64,000 nucleotides of DNA. Source: Spirochaetia bacterium (GTDB taxonomy: Bacteria; Spirochaetota; Spirochaetia; WTKD01; G963693115). The stretch covers positions 1 through 64,000 of the forward strand of contig CBDDCA010000005.1 in NCBI GenBank assembly GCA_965226055.1, written 5' to 3'. The first letter of the stretch is position 1. Each line of letters starts with the position of its first letter. Below are positions 30,948 through 40,846 of this stretch, piece by piece. A program made the position numbers and the translations under genes. The notes beneath the pieces were generated by a model. The model had not been told where the DNA came from. It saw only the letters and a program-made list of their open reading frames with translations, and did no database searches.

Positions 30948-33900
30948 TACTCTATTTCTTCTTCAAGACTCCATGCTTCATCTTTATAATAGGCATAACT
31001 TGAAAACTCTGGAAGAGGTTTCCATAACACACTAATTTCAAATACACTATCCCATATGTATTCTTGCCCAACACCAGATCCTTTTAATTTTGGTTTTCCA
31101 TTGTATGAAAAATTAAATACCCATCCTCCAAAGTCCTGTGTTACCCCTAGCTTTATAGAATCTAACTCAAAAGCGTTTCCGCTTAACTTTGTACTATCCC
31201 ATATACTTATCCCATCAATAATATCAGTTATTATATTTCGTGGCTCTTCAAGCCCTACCTGTTCGGCATATACTGGAAAATAGGTAAAGGTACGATTATT
31301 TTTAATAGCAACAGCAATATTAAAGGACAATATTTCATGAATAAAAAAGTTGACACCATATGAAAATGTAAATTTATTATTGATAAATTTCTTAAAATCA
31401 TGCTTATACCCTAGCTTGATATTAAAATTGGTACGTATTCTATCCAGCCAAAACCAATAGTCCTTAAATGTATAATTAACATCAGCGGAGAATGTATCTG
31501 GGCGTAACCTCTTATCATCTTTCTGCACAAATGTTGCTGTAACTGGACTATACTCATAATTGTACTCATGTTTATATTCCAACACCGAAGTAAACCACCA
31601 TACCTTTAAGTTAGAGTTTACTGTTTCCCAATATGCTTTATCTACATTATATGTTTGTTTCTGCGTAAAACTTAGATTTTTCTCAAAGAAAAAAATAGAA
31701 AGAGAGCTATTCCATGGCTCAGTTTTATATGAATCTTCGCCTGTTCTTAAAAACGCAATAGAGCTTGATAAAGAAGAGAAAAAAGTGGAAAAAGAATATT
31801 CTAAAGTATTTTTTTCATCAAGCGGAGGAATATCTGATTTTATCGAAAATTTTTGACTAGTAAATGAATAATTAAATATAATATCATTTGTTATATTATG
31901 TGCTTTCCACCACTCCTTATCTTCAAAACTATTATGCTCAATTTCTTTATAGGTAGAAAATACATGTCGTGACATAAAAAATGAAGTAGCGTATTTTACC
32001 TTACTCGTATTAAAATAAGGTACTGTTTTAAGATAGAATATTGAAAAATCATTTGTAGAGAGTAAATCTTCTGTTGTATAGTTGTCATTTGAAAGTTTTA
32101 GTTTATCTCTTTCTGTTTCTGTTAAATTCTCATCTCTATTGAGAGTTTTATACTTTAAGTCAAGGGTAATACTATTGCTGAAAACAAAGATGCTTGCAAG
32201 AAACTTTAATGAGTGATCTACCTTAAATGAATTATCGGTAGTAAGCAGTCCGTAATTTATAAAAGAGTCTGCAAAAAAATCATATTCTTCTGGGGTATCC
32301 CTCTCTTTTGTGTTAACATATAACTGTTCAATTAAAGAGTGAGTGAAAGTGTATTTTAAGCTCCCTGTCACTTCAGAAAAATCATAATCAGGCACTTTCC
32401 TTTGATTGATAGTAAGCAACGGATAAGGAAACTGTGTATCATCAATAGAATTGTTTTGTGGTGTATCCTCTGTCTGTGTAGAAGTATCATTGCTATATTC
32501 TTCTCCTTCTTCTTCTATACTATACTCATCAGGATTAGTTTCTTCATTGCTAGTATTTGCATTTGCTGTTTCTCTGTTAAAAGTATATTCTAAAAGGGTA
32601 CCTGCCATATTCATTTTATAGGAAGGAACATCAATACGTGAAGGATAAAAGAAATATCCTTCAATTTTTTGATCAATGGTGCCTGGCCCTCTTTTATATG
32701 CATATGGCTGTGATGATTCTTTAGTAGTTTTTCTATTCCAACTTACTTGAAAACGTAAATCATTTACTGACAATTTTGTAACATAATTGCCTATAATATC
32801 TTTACTAAGAGGAACAGAAAGATTACTAGAACTATTCCAATAAAACGAAGAGAGCATTGAAGATCTTTTGTTTAAGTTTTTTTTATCAAAGTTAGGATCA
32901 AAGACTTGTTGCCAAGTAAAATCATATTGTCTTATACTAAAATCACGTATAATATATGCGTCAGAATAATGCTTAAATTTTATTGTGTTAGTAATGTATC
33001 TGCTAAAATCAAATGATGTATCTAAGGTAACATGGTATCGAAAAGGAATACGAGTATTAAAAAAATATCCATAATCAGGATTATTCGTCAATGTATTATT
33101 TTCATCTAAATAATAGGTAAAATAATTTTGATCACCTGTTCCCTTAAATATAGACTGAGTAACTGCAAAGCCCGTTTCAAATTCAAGAGACTTAAATATA
33201 CTTGCTTTCGTAAACTTTCCTTTCAAGGCTGCATACGCACCAAGATTAGTATAGTAATCGCCAATAAGACGTAAAACCCAATCTTTAGGAAATGTATATA
33301 CTACATCTCCAGCTTCAGCTTCTTTTAGAAACAGTCCTTTTATTACCTTTTTTTCTGCTTTTTGATTACCAAAATCAAAGATATCTAAAAATGCTTCATT
33401 GGTAATATCTTTTGCAGGATCTCCAAGAAGATAGGTAGTGGTATTTATAAAGGCTCCATTTCGAGAGCTAAACCCTATTGCAGGATGAAAGAAAAATCTA
33501 TCACTTGGATTAAAGAAAAAAGGTATCCACATTACTGGAATATTTCCCATGTATATTACCCCATTCGACATAACCCACTCACTTGGTGCAAGAATCCACA
33601 TTTTTCGCAGTGCAATACGATAGAGAGGACGAGAGCCTTTGTTAGTTGTAAATGATATTTTTTCTGCCACAATTACCTCTTCAACAGAATTGCTAATATG
33701 TGGAGAATAGATAATAAACTGCAATTTTTCCTTTTTATCCCTGTCTTTTCCATACTTCACTTCTTTCTCTGAGCTTGTCGTTCCTAAAATAATATCAGTA
33801 CTAAACTCATCTATATCAAATACCAATACCTGACTTGAAAATGTTTGTACAGGATCCCCAGTGGGAGTGCTCGGTGGCTCAGCAGAGGTATATTCAAACT

Positions 33901-34696
33901 CTTCAAAGATAACACTCCCTTCTGCGGTCCCTCTTCGAAGCGTTTCATTGTATGTTATTTTTTCTGCCTGAATTTTATACTGCTTTTTTTCATCTTCCTC
34001 TGTAACAATAATGATAACATTTCCTAATAGCGTAAAAATATCTTCATCAACTTGCTCTAAAGTAAAATACTCAGATTTCTCAGCATTTACTATGACAATC
34101 TCTGATACTTTTGCATCAACAACAGTATTTTTTCTTTCTACTTTTACAAGACTCTCAGGATCGCTTTCTACAGAATACGATTGAGTTTCCTGGGTGCTTG
34201 TACGCGGAGTGGGATCTAATGCAGTACTATCAATACCATAGTACTCTAACAGTCGCTTCTGTTTCTGTTGCTTTGTTCCATCAGAGGATAGCCCAAGACT
34301 TTCTAACCAATAGTATAAATCAAATGTTGTAGATACTCGAATACTCTCGCGAATATTATTTTGCTCATCACGTAATCGTTCTATTTCTTCTTGATCTATT
34401 ACTGGTGTAGATTCAACAATTTCAGCAGTATCAATAGCGTCTGTATCTACAGTTTCCTCACTTACAGTATCAGTAGCTGTATCAAGGTCCTCAGAAGTAC
34501 CTAGAGTTTCTGCATCTGTAGTGTCTGTACCTATAGCGTCTTTATTTACGGTATCAGCAGGAGTCAATGCATTATTACTCTCTTGAGCATATACAATAGA
34601 AATATACTGTGAAGCAATAAGAATAAAGAGAAAAATACTACAATTTTTTATCATGCTGTTATATATGAGTTTAATATATTCCTTACAATTATACAT
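30947..34696 (-). CDS. Large outer-membrane LptD-like protein (spirochete type)
   Basis: Signal peptide, OstA-like region (LLGNVII, IQAEKITYN), IPVMWIPFFF...PAIG..SRNG motif, aromatic beta-strand C-terminus. Confidence 0.75.
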   Translation of the reverse strand: MYNCKEYIKLIYNSMIKNCSIFLFILIASQYISIVYAQESNNALTPADTVNKDAIGTDTTDAETLGTSEDLDTATDTVSEETVDTDAIDTAEIVESTPVIDQEEIERLRDEQNNIRESIRVSTTFDLYYWLESLGLSSDGTKQQKQKRLLEYYGIDSTALDPTPRTSTQETQSYSVESDPESLVKVERKNTVVDAKVSEIVIVNAEKSEYFTLEQVDEDIFTLLGNVIIIVTEEDEKKQYKIQAEKITYNETLRRGTAEGSVIFEEFEYTSAEPPSTPTGDPVQTFSSQVLVFDIDEFSTDIILGTTSSEKEVKYGKDRDKKEKLQFIIYSPHISNSVEEVIVAEKISFTTNKGSRPLYRIALRKMWILAPSEWVMSNGVIYMGNIPVMWIPFFFNPSDRFFFHPAIGFSSRNGAFINTTTYLLGDPAKDITNEAFLDIFDFGNQKAEKKVIKGLFLKEAEAGDVVYTFPKDWVLRLIGDYYTNLGAYAALKGKFTKASIFKSLEFETGFAVTQSIFKGTGDQNYFTYYLDENNTLTNNPDYGYFFNTRIPFRYHVTLDTSFDFSRYITNTIKFKHYSDAYIIRDFSIRQYDFTWQQVFDPNFDKKNLNKRSSMLSSFYWNSSSNLSVPLSKDIIGNYVTKLSVNDLRFQVSWNRKTTKESSQPYAYKRGPGTIDQKIEGYFFYPSRIDVPSYKMNMAGTLLEYTFNRETANANTSNEETNPDEYSIEEEGEEYSNDTSTQTEDTPQNNSIDDTQFPYPLLTINQRKVPDYDFSEVTGSLKYTFTHSLIEQLYVNTKERDTPEEYDFFADSFINYGLLTTDNSFKVDHSLKFLASIFVFSNSITLDLKYKTLNRDENLTETERDKLKLSNDNYTTEDLLSTNDFSIFYLKTVPYFNTSKVKYATSFFMSRHVFSTYKEIEHNSFEDKEWWKAHNITNDIIFNYSFTSQKFSIKSDIPPLDEKNTLEYSFSTFFSSLSSSIAFLRTGEDSYKTEPWNSSLSIFFFEKNLSFTQKQTYNVDKAYWETVNSNLKVWWFTSVLEYKHEYNYEYSPVTATFVQKDDKRLRPDTFSADVNYTFKDYWFWLDRIRTNFNIKLGYKHDFKKFINNKFTFSYGVNFFIHEILSFNIAVAIKNNRTFTYFPVYAEQVGLEEPRNIITDIIDGISIWDSTKLSGNAFELDSIKLGVTQDFGGWVFNFSYNGKPKLKGSGVGQEYIWDSVFEISVLWKPLPEFSSYAYYKDEAWSLEEEIE

Positions 34697-34857
34697 ATGC
34701 TTTATACCTATTTAAGAAAACAATAATGTAACACTATATCTTCATATCTTCTATTTACATGGTAGTAAAAAGGGTAATCTTGTATTATTATATATATAAT
34801 ACATGTATTACTCTATTTTTGTATATAATGAAAAGTAATTAGTACGCAGTTTTTACA

Positions 34858-35784
34858 ATGAAACATAACTATTTTAATATTATTTCTATAAATGACTACA
34901 AACGTAAAGATATAGAATATTTTCTTCAAATAATACATAGCTTTGATACAAAAGAGTATGCTACACTATTACATCATTGTATTATAGGAAGCATTTTTTT
35001 AGAAGCATCTACTCGTACTCATCTTTCATTTATATCTGCAGCAAAGCGCTTAGGTGCATCAACTATACGGTTTCCTTCGGCTTTATCAAGTTTTCAGCAT
35101 AAAAAAGAGACATTGTATGATACATTACGGGTAGTTGAGCCATATATAGATCTACTTATACTGAGACATTCACTTGAAGGAAGCGCACGTTTTGCTGCAG
35201 ATATACTGAACATTCCTGTTATCAATGCTGGTGATGGTGCTAATCAACATCCAACACAAACATTTATTGATTTATATACTATACAAAAATACATAGGGAC
35301 CTTAGATTCACTTCATATTGCATTTGTAGGAGATTTACGATTTGGAAGAACAGTGCATTCATTACTAGACGCATTAAAATACTTTCATTGTACAGTATAT
35401 TTTGTTTCTCCTAAAAATCTCACTATCCCGCCTATCTATAAACAAAAACTTGATCTCCACACTATTACTTACACTGAACATGACACGTTATCAGAAATAC
35501 TTCCACATGTTGATATTATGTATATGACACGCTTTCAAAGAGAACGTTTTGTAGATGATGCAGAGTTTGATTTTATAGAGGCTAATTATGCTATACACAG
35601 ATCTTTATTAGAAAAATATGCAAAAAATACATTAAAAATATTACATCCTCTCCCAAGAGGCAACGAAATACCCCGTAGTATAGACAACAGCCCCTATGCT
35701 TTGTATTTTGAACAAGCAAAAAATGGTATTCCAGTACGAAAGGCTTTGCTTGCCATAGCACTTAATGTACTGAACGGAGCGTAA
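34858..35784 (+). CDS. pyrB: Aspartate carbamoyltransferase catalytic subunit
   Basis: EASTRT, VINAGDGANQHPTQ, VGDLRFGRTVHSL, TRFQRER, HPLPR. Confidence 0.95.
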   Translation: MKHNYFNIISINDYKRKDIEYFLQIIHSFDTKEYATLLHHCIIGSIFLEASTRTHLSFISAAKRLGASTIRFPSALSSFQHKKETLYDTLRVVEPYIDLLILRHSLEGSARFAADILNIPVINAGDGANQHPTQTFIDLYTIQKYIGTLDSLHIAFVGDLRFGRTVHSLLDALKYFHCTVYFVSPKNLTIPPIYKQKLDLHTITYTEHDTLSEILPHVDIMYMTRFQRERFVDDAEFDFIEANYAIHRSLLEKYAKNTLKILHPLPRGNEIPRSIDNSPYALYFEQAKNGIPVRKALLAIALNVLNGA

Positions 35785-35785
35785 T

Positions 35786-36232
35786 ATGCAATTACTCATT
35801 ACATCTATCAAACAAGGGGTAGTAATAGACCATATTCCTGCTCAATATACTCTGGCAGTCATGAATGTGCTACAGTTAAAAGATGCTTCTTCTCCCGTAA
35901 TTATTGCTACAAACCTTGCTAGCAATACACTAGAAAAAAAAGGTATCATAAAAATAGCAAATAGAACTTTTTCACAAGAAGAACTTAATGCTATAGCATT
36001 ACTTGCCTATGGAGCAACACTCAATATTATTGAGGCTCATACAGTTGTAAAAAAAATTACTATTACACTTCCTGATATACTTGAAAAAGTAGCAAAATGT
36101 CCTAACATACGCTGCATAAGCAACTTTGATGTCGATAGTAAGTTTATAAAAATAACACAGGAAGAAATGCAGTGTTACTATTGTGAAAAAAGTTATACCC
36201 GCGAAGATATATCTCCTTATAAAAATAAATGA
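35786..36232 (+). CDS. pyrI: Aspartate carbamoyltransferase regulatory subunit
   Basis: IKQGVVIDHI, KGIIKI, zinc ligands CPNIRCIS and CYYCE. Confidence 0.93.
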   Translation: MQLLITSIKQGVVIDHIPAQYTLAVMNVLQLKDASSPVIIATNLASNTLEKKGIIKIANRTFSQEELNAIALLAYGATLNIIEAHTVVKKITITLPDILEKVAKCPNIRCISNFDVDSKFIKITQEEMQCYYCEKSYTREDISPYKNK

Positions 36233-37077
36233 AACAACACACCTATACCGTACTACTGGAACATATACCAGTACAAATATATCAACATACCCATACTGTA
36301 CTACACGAATGTCTCACACAACTATCCACACACATACAAGTATATCCTGACAGTACTAACAGCATACAATACCCTAATACTTTCAACAATGTACAGGTAG
36401 CAGAAAAAGTAAGCAAGCACCTCTTTCAGGTTCACCCGTTCAGTATTATAAAAGTAGACAAGAAACTGCTTCCTACTACACCGTTATCCGCATACTTTCC
36501 CTCTCTCATACGGCTTACTACATTACCTTCACAGATAAAAAATCTTGCTCTGCCATGTATTATATGGCAGATAGAACACAATCATATACTGCTGCTCATC
36601 TCTCATAGACTTGTCACAAGCCGTAACTATACCACAACAGCACTAGAACAGCAAAAGCATATATCACTCTTACTCAATACTAGACAGAAATCAATACCAC
36701 AAAATCATAAACAACCATTACTCATATGTTATATCCATCCTAATGATATATACAGTACTTTAGCGTTACTACAACTACATAAAGATATGTATAACACATA
36801 TACCATTATCATCAGTGACACTATAAACATAGAGAGTATACGAGAATATCACAATATATCTTATCATAAAGAAATACTCGTATCATATTATTTTATTCAA
36901 CAAGCACCTCAACTGATGCATGTATTTGAAACATATAAATTCACCGTACATTTCATACATGATGTACAACATATTATTTGTGGAATAGGCACATGCCGAT
37001 TATGTGTAGAAGTACAAGAAAAGAATAATTACGAAGTATGCAAAAAAGGACTTTTTCAAACATTTCTGTACCGCTGA
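36229..37077 (+). CDS. Highly diverged dihydroorotate dehydrogenase electron-transfer subunit (PyrK-like)
   Basis: Only the C-terminal [2Fe-2S] motif CGIGTCRLC...VCKKG is recognisable; lies immediately before pyrD. Confidence 0.65.
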   Translation: MKQHTYTVLLEHIPVQIYQHTHTVLHECLTQLSTHIQVYPDSTNSIQYPNTFNNVQVAEKVSKHLFQVHPFSIIKVDKKLLPTTPLSAYFPSLIRLTTLPSQIKNLALPCIIWQIEHNHILLLISHRLVTSRNYTTTALEQQKHISLLLNTRQKSIPQNHKQPLLICYIHPNDIYSTLALLQLHKDMYNTYTIIISDTINIESIREYHNISYHKEILVSYYFIQQAPQLMHVFETYKFTVHFIHDVQHIICGIGTCRLCVEVQEKNNYEVCKKGLFQTFLYR

Positions 37078-38042
37078 TGATACACGATACCCTTGCTACA
37101 CCTACATATTTACACACTCAACTTGATACTGTATTACTCAAAAGTCCCTTTCTTAATGCATCAGGACCATTAGGATGGTTTTTTGAAAGTCATGCCATTA
37201 TGGATTATCATCACTTGGGAGCATTTGTCCTCAAAGGATTAACTAAACACAAAAGAAAAGGAAACGAAGGAACACGCGTACACATACTTCCTTTTGGAAT
37301 AATAAATACAGTAGGACTTGAAAATCCAGGCGTTCATACTTTTTTACGCTACCACTATCCTACTATTAAGCATACATCAAACAATGCTCATACCTTTATT
37401 GCAAATATAAACGGTACTACAAAGCAAGAATATGAATATATAGCACAACAGTTAGATAAAGCAGATAGTATACAAGGCATAGAAATAAACCTGTCTTGTC
37501 CTAATATAAAGAACGGGGGGCTTCATTTTATCAATGATCATACTGCAGTAAAACACATAGTACAAGCAGTACGAAACAGCACAAACAAAATGCTCACTGT
37601 AAAAATACCGTATATTGAAAACAAAACAACATTAAAACATCTTGTGAAAATAATACAAGATAACGGAATAAACAGCATATCAGCAATAAATACTATATCC
37701 ACTGAAGCTCCCACGTTTTCTCATATACAAGATATACATGCTATCACCAACACAATAAAAGGAGGACTCTCAGGGGCATATATTACACAGTATGCATTAG
37801 ATACTATACGAACAATTCGCTCGTACAGCACTATCCCTATTATTGGTTCTGGCGGAATTACACACTTTAGTGATGTGCTACAATTTTTTAAGGCAGGGGC
37901 ACATGCAGTAGCAATAGGCACAGCAGCGTTATACGATCATCATATATTCACAGATATGTTCAATACAGCACTCACATGCATGAAACAGAATCATCTCACA
38001 AGTATAGAAGAATTATACAGCTTTGCTAAAGCTATACTATAA
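37077..38042 (+). CDS. pyrD: Dihydroorotate dehydrogenase class 1 (B-type) catalytic subunit
   Basis: NASG, NTVGLENPG, EINLSCPN, AINT, GGLSG, IIGSGGI, AVAIGTA; ATG 37077 overlaps the upstream TGA. Confidence 0.92.
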   Translation: MIHDTLATPTYLHTQLDTVLLKSPFLNASGPLGWFFESHAIMDYHHLGAFVLKGLTKHKRKGNEGTRVHILPFGIINTVGLENPGVHTFLRYHYPTIKHTSNNAHTFIANINGTTKQEYEYIAQQLDKADSIQGIEINLSCPNIKNGGLHFINDHTAVKHIVQAVRNSTNKMLTVKIPYIENKTTLKHLVKIIQDNGINSISAINTISTEAPTFSHIQDIHAITNTIKGGLSGAYITQYALDTIRTIRSYSTIPIIGSGGITHFSDVLQFFKAGAHAVAIGTAALYDHHIFTDMFNTALTCMKQNHLTSIEELYSFAKAIL

Positions 38043-38050
38043 TATCAATA

Positions 38051-38794
38051 ATGATCTGTATAGTTGCCCTTGATTACAAAGATAAAGAGAAAGCTCTAAA
38101 AATAGTTGATATGCTTGGAGAAACTATAGAACACTATAAAGTTGGGCTTGAACTTTTTTTATACTCTGGTATATCAATAGTACAAGAACTACACAAAAAG
38201 AATAAACATGTCTTCCTTGATTTGAAATTACATGATATCACCAATACTATGCAGCAAGCAATGCGCTACATATTTGAACAAAATGTTTTTATGACTACTG
38301 TACATATTAGTGCAGGAGAAAAAAGCCTGAGAACATTACAAAGTTTAAAAGAAACATACGCATCAAATACAAACATACTTGGAGTATCGGTACTTACTCA
38401 CCTTGATACTACCGATGTTTATAGTATCTATAACACTCACAATACTGCACAGCAAGTGCTACAGCTTAGCTCTATTGCACATACAGCAGGAATAGACGGT
38501 ATAGTGTGTTCAGTACACGAATCACAGACAACATACAAACATTATCCTCATCTTATCAAAGTATGTCCTGGCATTCAATATCTTCCTCCCACAACACACG
38601 AGTTCTCTACAACACATACACGCAGCACAGATCAAAAACGAGTAGGCAGCCCCTATGACGCAGTAATGGCACACGCAGAGTACATAGTAGTAGGAAGAAG
38701 CATAACACAAGCAAAGCATCCACTTGCAGTAACACAGCACATACTACAGGAAATCAAACACGCAGAAGCACAAAAAGGTACACATACAGAATGA
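38051..38794 (+). CDS. pyrF: Orotidine-5'-phosphate decarboxylase
   Basis: IVALD, YKVGLELF, FLDLKLHDITNT, CPGI, DQKRV, VVGRSIT. Confidence 0.95.
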   Translation: MICIVALDYKDKEKALKIVDMLGETIEHYKVGLELFLYSGISIVQELHKKNKHVFLDLKLHDITNTMQQAMRYIFEQNVFMTTVHISAGEKSLRTLQSLKETYASNTNILGVSVLTHLDTTDVYSIYNTHNTAQQVLQLSSIAHTAGIDGIVCSVHESQTTYKHYPHLIKVCPGIQYLPPTTHEFSTTHTRSTDQKRVGSPYDAVMAHAEYIVVGRSITQAKHPLAVTQHILQEIKHAEAQKGTHTE

Positions 38795-40143
38795 ATAGAT
38801 TAATTATTACAGGAGTACTGCTTGATACAAAAGAAAAGGGGTTTGTTGAGCAAAATATACACATATATAATAAAAAAATAGAATATATCTCAAGCGAAGC
38901 ACCTGATAACATAGATAAAAAGCATATTCCAATTATTGATGGTAAACACTATATGGCAATTCCAGGCATGATAGATGTTCATACCCATGTACGAGAACCC
39001 GGACTCTGTTATAAAGAAAATTTTCGATCAGCCTCTATGGCTGCTGCTGCAGGAGGAGTTACTACTTTTTTCGATATGCCTAATACTCTACCAGCTACGA
39101 CAACATATCAGCGTCTTTTAGAAAAACAAACAATGGCACAAACATCTATCGTAGATTATAACATGCATTTTGGTGCTTCTGAAAATTCTTCTAAAAATTC
39201 TTACAGCAAAGAAATACAAACATGTATTAAACAACACTCACAAGGAAAGGCGCTTCCTCCATCAGTAAAAATTTTTTTGAATGAAACTACTGGAAACTTA
39301 ACAATTACATCACAAGAAATATTAGAAGAGATAGTACAGCATGCATGGTTTATTACTGCTCATGCTGAAGAAGAAAAAGTAGAAACAATCATATCTCTTA
39401 CTCAAAAATACAATACCCCACTATATCTTGTACATATATCAAGAAAAAGTGAAATTGACTATATTAAATCTATAAAGCAACACAAAGTACCTCATTCATC
39501 TCCTATATATGTAGAAGTATGCCCTCATCACCTTGCATACACTCAAGACGATATACAGCAAAACCCATTGTTAACGATGAAACCGCCTTTACAGACGAAA
39601 CAAGATCGTGAAGCTCTGTGGGATGCCATTATCAATAATATGGTAGACAGCATAGGATCTGACCATGCTCCTCACAGTGTAGCCGAAAAAAAACACGCAT
39701 TACACCATAACACAGCAATATATGGAGTACCTGGACTTGAAACATCATTACTATACCTGCTGGATGCTGCCCATAAAGGAATACTCAGCATGCAGAAAAT
39801 AATGGCTCTTTGCTCTCACAATCCAGCAAATATATTTGCTATCAAACACAAAGGAAAGATTGAAGTAGGGTATGATGCTGATATAGTACTAGCAAAAATA
39901 CAGAATGCAAGCACCCAATACACACATGATCTCGTCATCAGTAAAGCTCATTGGTCAATTTTCAATGATACGCTATTTTATGCTAGTATAGGAGCAACAA
40001 TAAGCAACGGTACTCCTGTGTTTTTATCACATGATATATATAAAAAATATTATAATGCAAAAAAGCATACTATCCTTCAATCAAATGCACGAGGACATAT
40101 ACTTTTCAGTCAAGGAAAAGAGGTAACATGCCATGATAAGTAA
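38791..40143 (+). CDS. pyrC: Dihydroorotase
   Basis: PGMIDVHTHVREPG, AAGGVTT..DMPNT, EVCPHHL, GSDHAPH, GYDAD; pyr context. Confidence 0.9.
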   Translation: MNRLIITGVLLDTKEKGFVEQNIHIYNKKIEYISSEAPDNIDKKHIPIIDGKHYMAIPGMIDVHTHVREPGLCYKENFRSASMAAAAGGVTTFFDMPNTLPATTTYQRLLEKQTMAQTSIVDYNMHFGASENSSKNSYSKEIQTCIKQHSQGKALPPSVKIFLNETTGNLTITSQEILEEIVQHAWFITAHAEEEKVETIISLTQKYNTPLYLVHISRKSEIDYIKSIKQHKVPHSSPIYVEVCPHHLAYTQDDIQQNPLLTMKPPLQTKQDREALWDAIINNMVDSIGSDHAPHSVAEKKHALHHNTAIYGVPGLETSLLYLLDAAHKGILSMQKIMALCSHNPANIFAIKHKGKIEVGYDADIVLAKIQNASTQYTHDLVISKAHWSIFNDTLFYASIGATISNGTPVFLSHDIYKKYYNAKKHTILQSNARGHILFSQGKEVTCHDK

Positions 40144-40846
40144 CCGCGATTATTGTACTATATTACTTTCAACAAAAGCAGTACTGTTTAATTTTGAAAC
40201 ACCTTTTGAGTTTGCATCAGGCTTAAAAAGTCCTATATACTGTGATAACAGAATAGTACTAAGCAATGCAGAAATTCGAAAAAAAATAGCACACAGTCTT
40301 CACAGTATTATACATATATTAGAAACGCACCCTAAAACAATAGAAGAAACAACTGATTATATGTATAAACACTATGATCAATATATCAATAGTACTATTG
40401 ATACTATTGTAGGGGTTGCTACCGCAGGCATTCCTTGGGCAACACTGTGTGCCAACAGCCTCGACAAACCACTTAGCTATGCACGTTCAACAAGCAAAGG
40501 GCATGGCAAAAAATCTCAGTTTGAAGGAGCAACTGTTACCAACAAATCTGTCATTGTTATCGAAGATGTCATAAGCAGTGCCACAAGTGCTGTAACAGTA
40601 GTAGAAGCATGTAGGAAACAAAATGCCACTGTTACAGCAGTAGTATCTCTTTTTACATATAATTTTACCCATAGCAAAGAAACATTTTCTCAAGCAAAAT
40701 GTCCCCATCTATCCATTGCCTCATTTGAAACACTTGCAAAAACAGCATTGGACACCCACTATATTACACAAACACAGTATACACAACTACAAGAATGGCA
40801 TAGCAATGTTAATGCTTTACATTCCGAAAATCCAAATACTCCTTAA
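40133..40846 (+). CDS. pyrE: Orotate phosphoribosyltransferase
   Basis: ASGLKSPIYCDNR, GVATAGIP, KGHG, VIEDVISS PRPP-binding motif. Confidence 0.94.
   Translation: MISNRDYCTILLSTKAVLFNFETPFEFASGLKSPIYCDNRIVLSNAEIRKKIAHSLHSIIHILETHPKTIEETTDYMYKHYDQYINSTIDTIVGVATAGIPWATLCANSLDKPLSYARSTSKGHGKKSQFEGATVTNKSVIVIEDVISSATSAVTVVEACRKQNATVTAVVSLFTYNFTHSKETFSQAKCPHLSIASFETLAKTALDTHYITQTQYTQLQEWHSNVNALHSENPNTP

Noticed and set aside
34697-34857. PyrR-type attenuator upstream of pyrB
   Set aside because: Almost pure AT sequence with no PyrR-binding loop motif or GC terminator stem visible.
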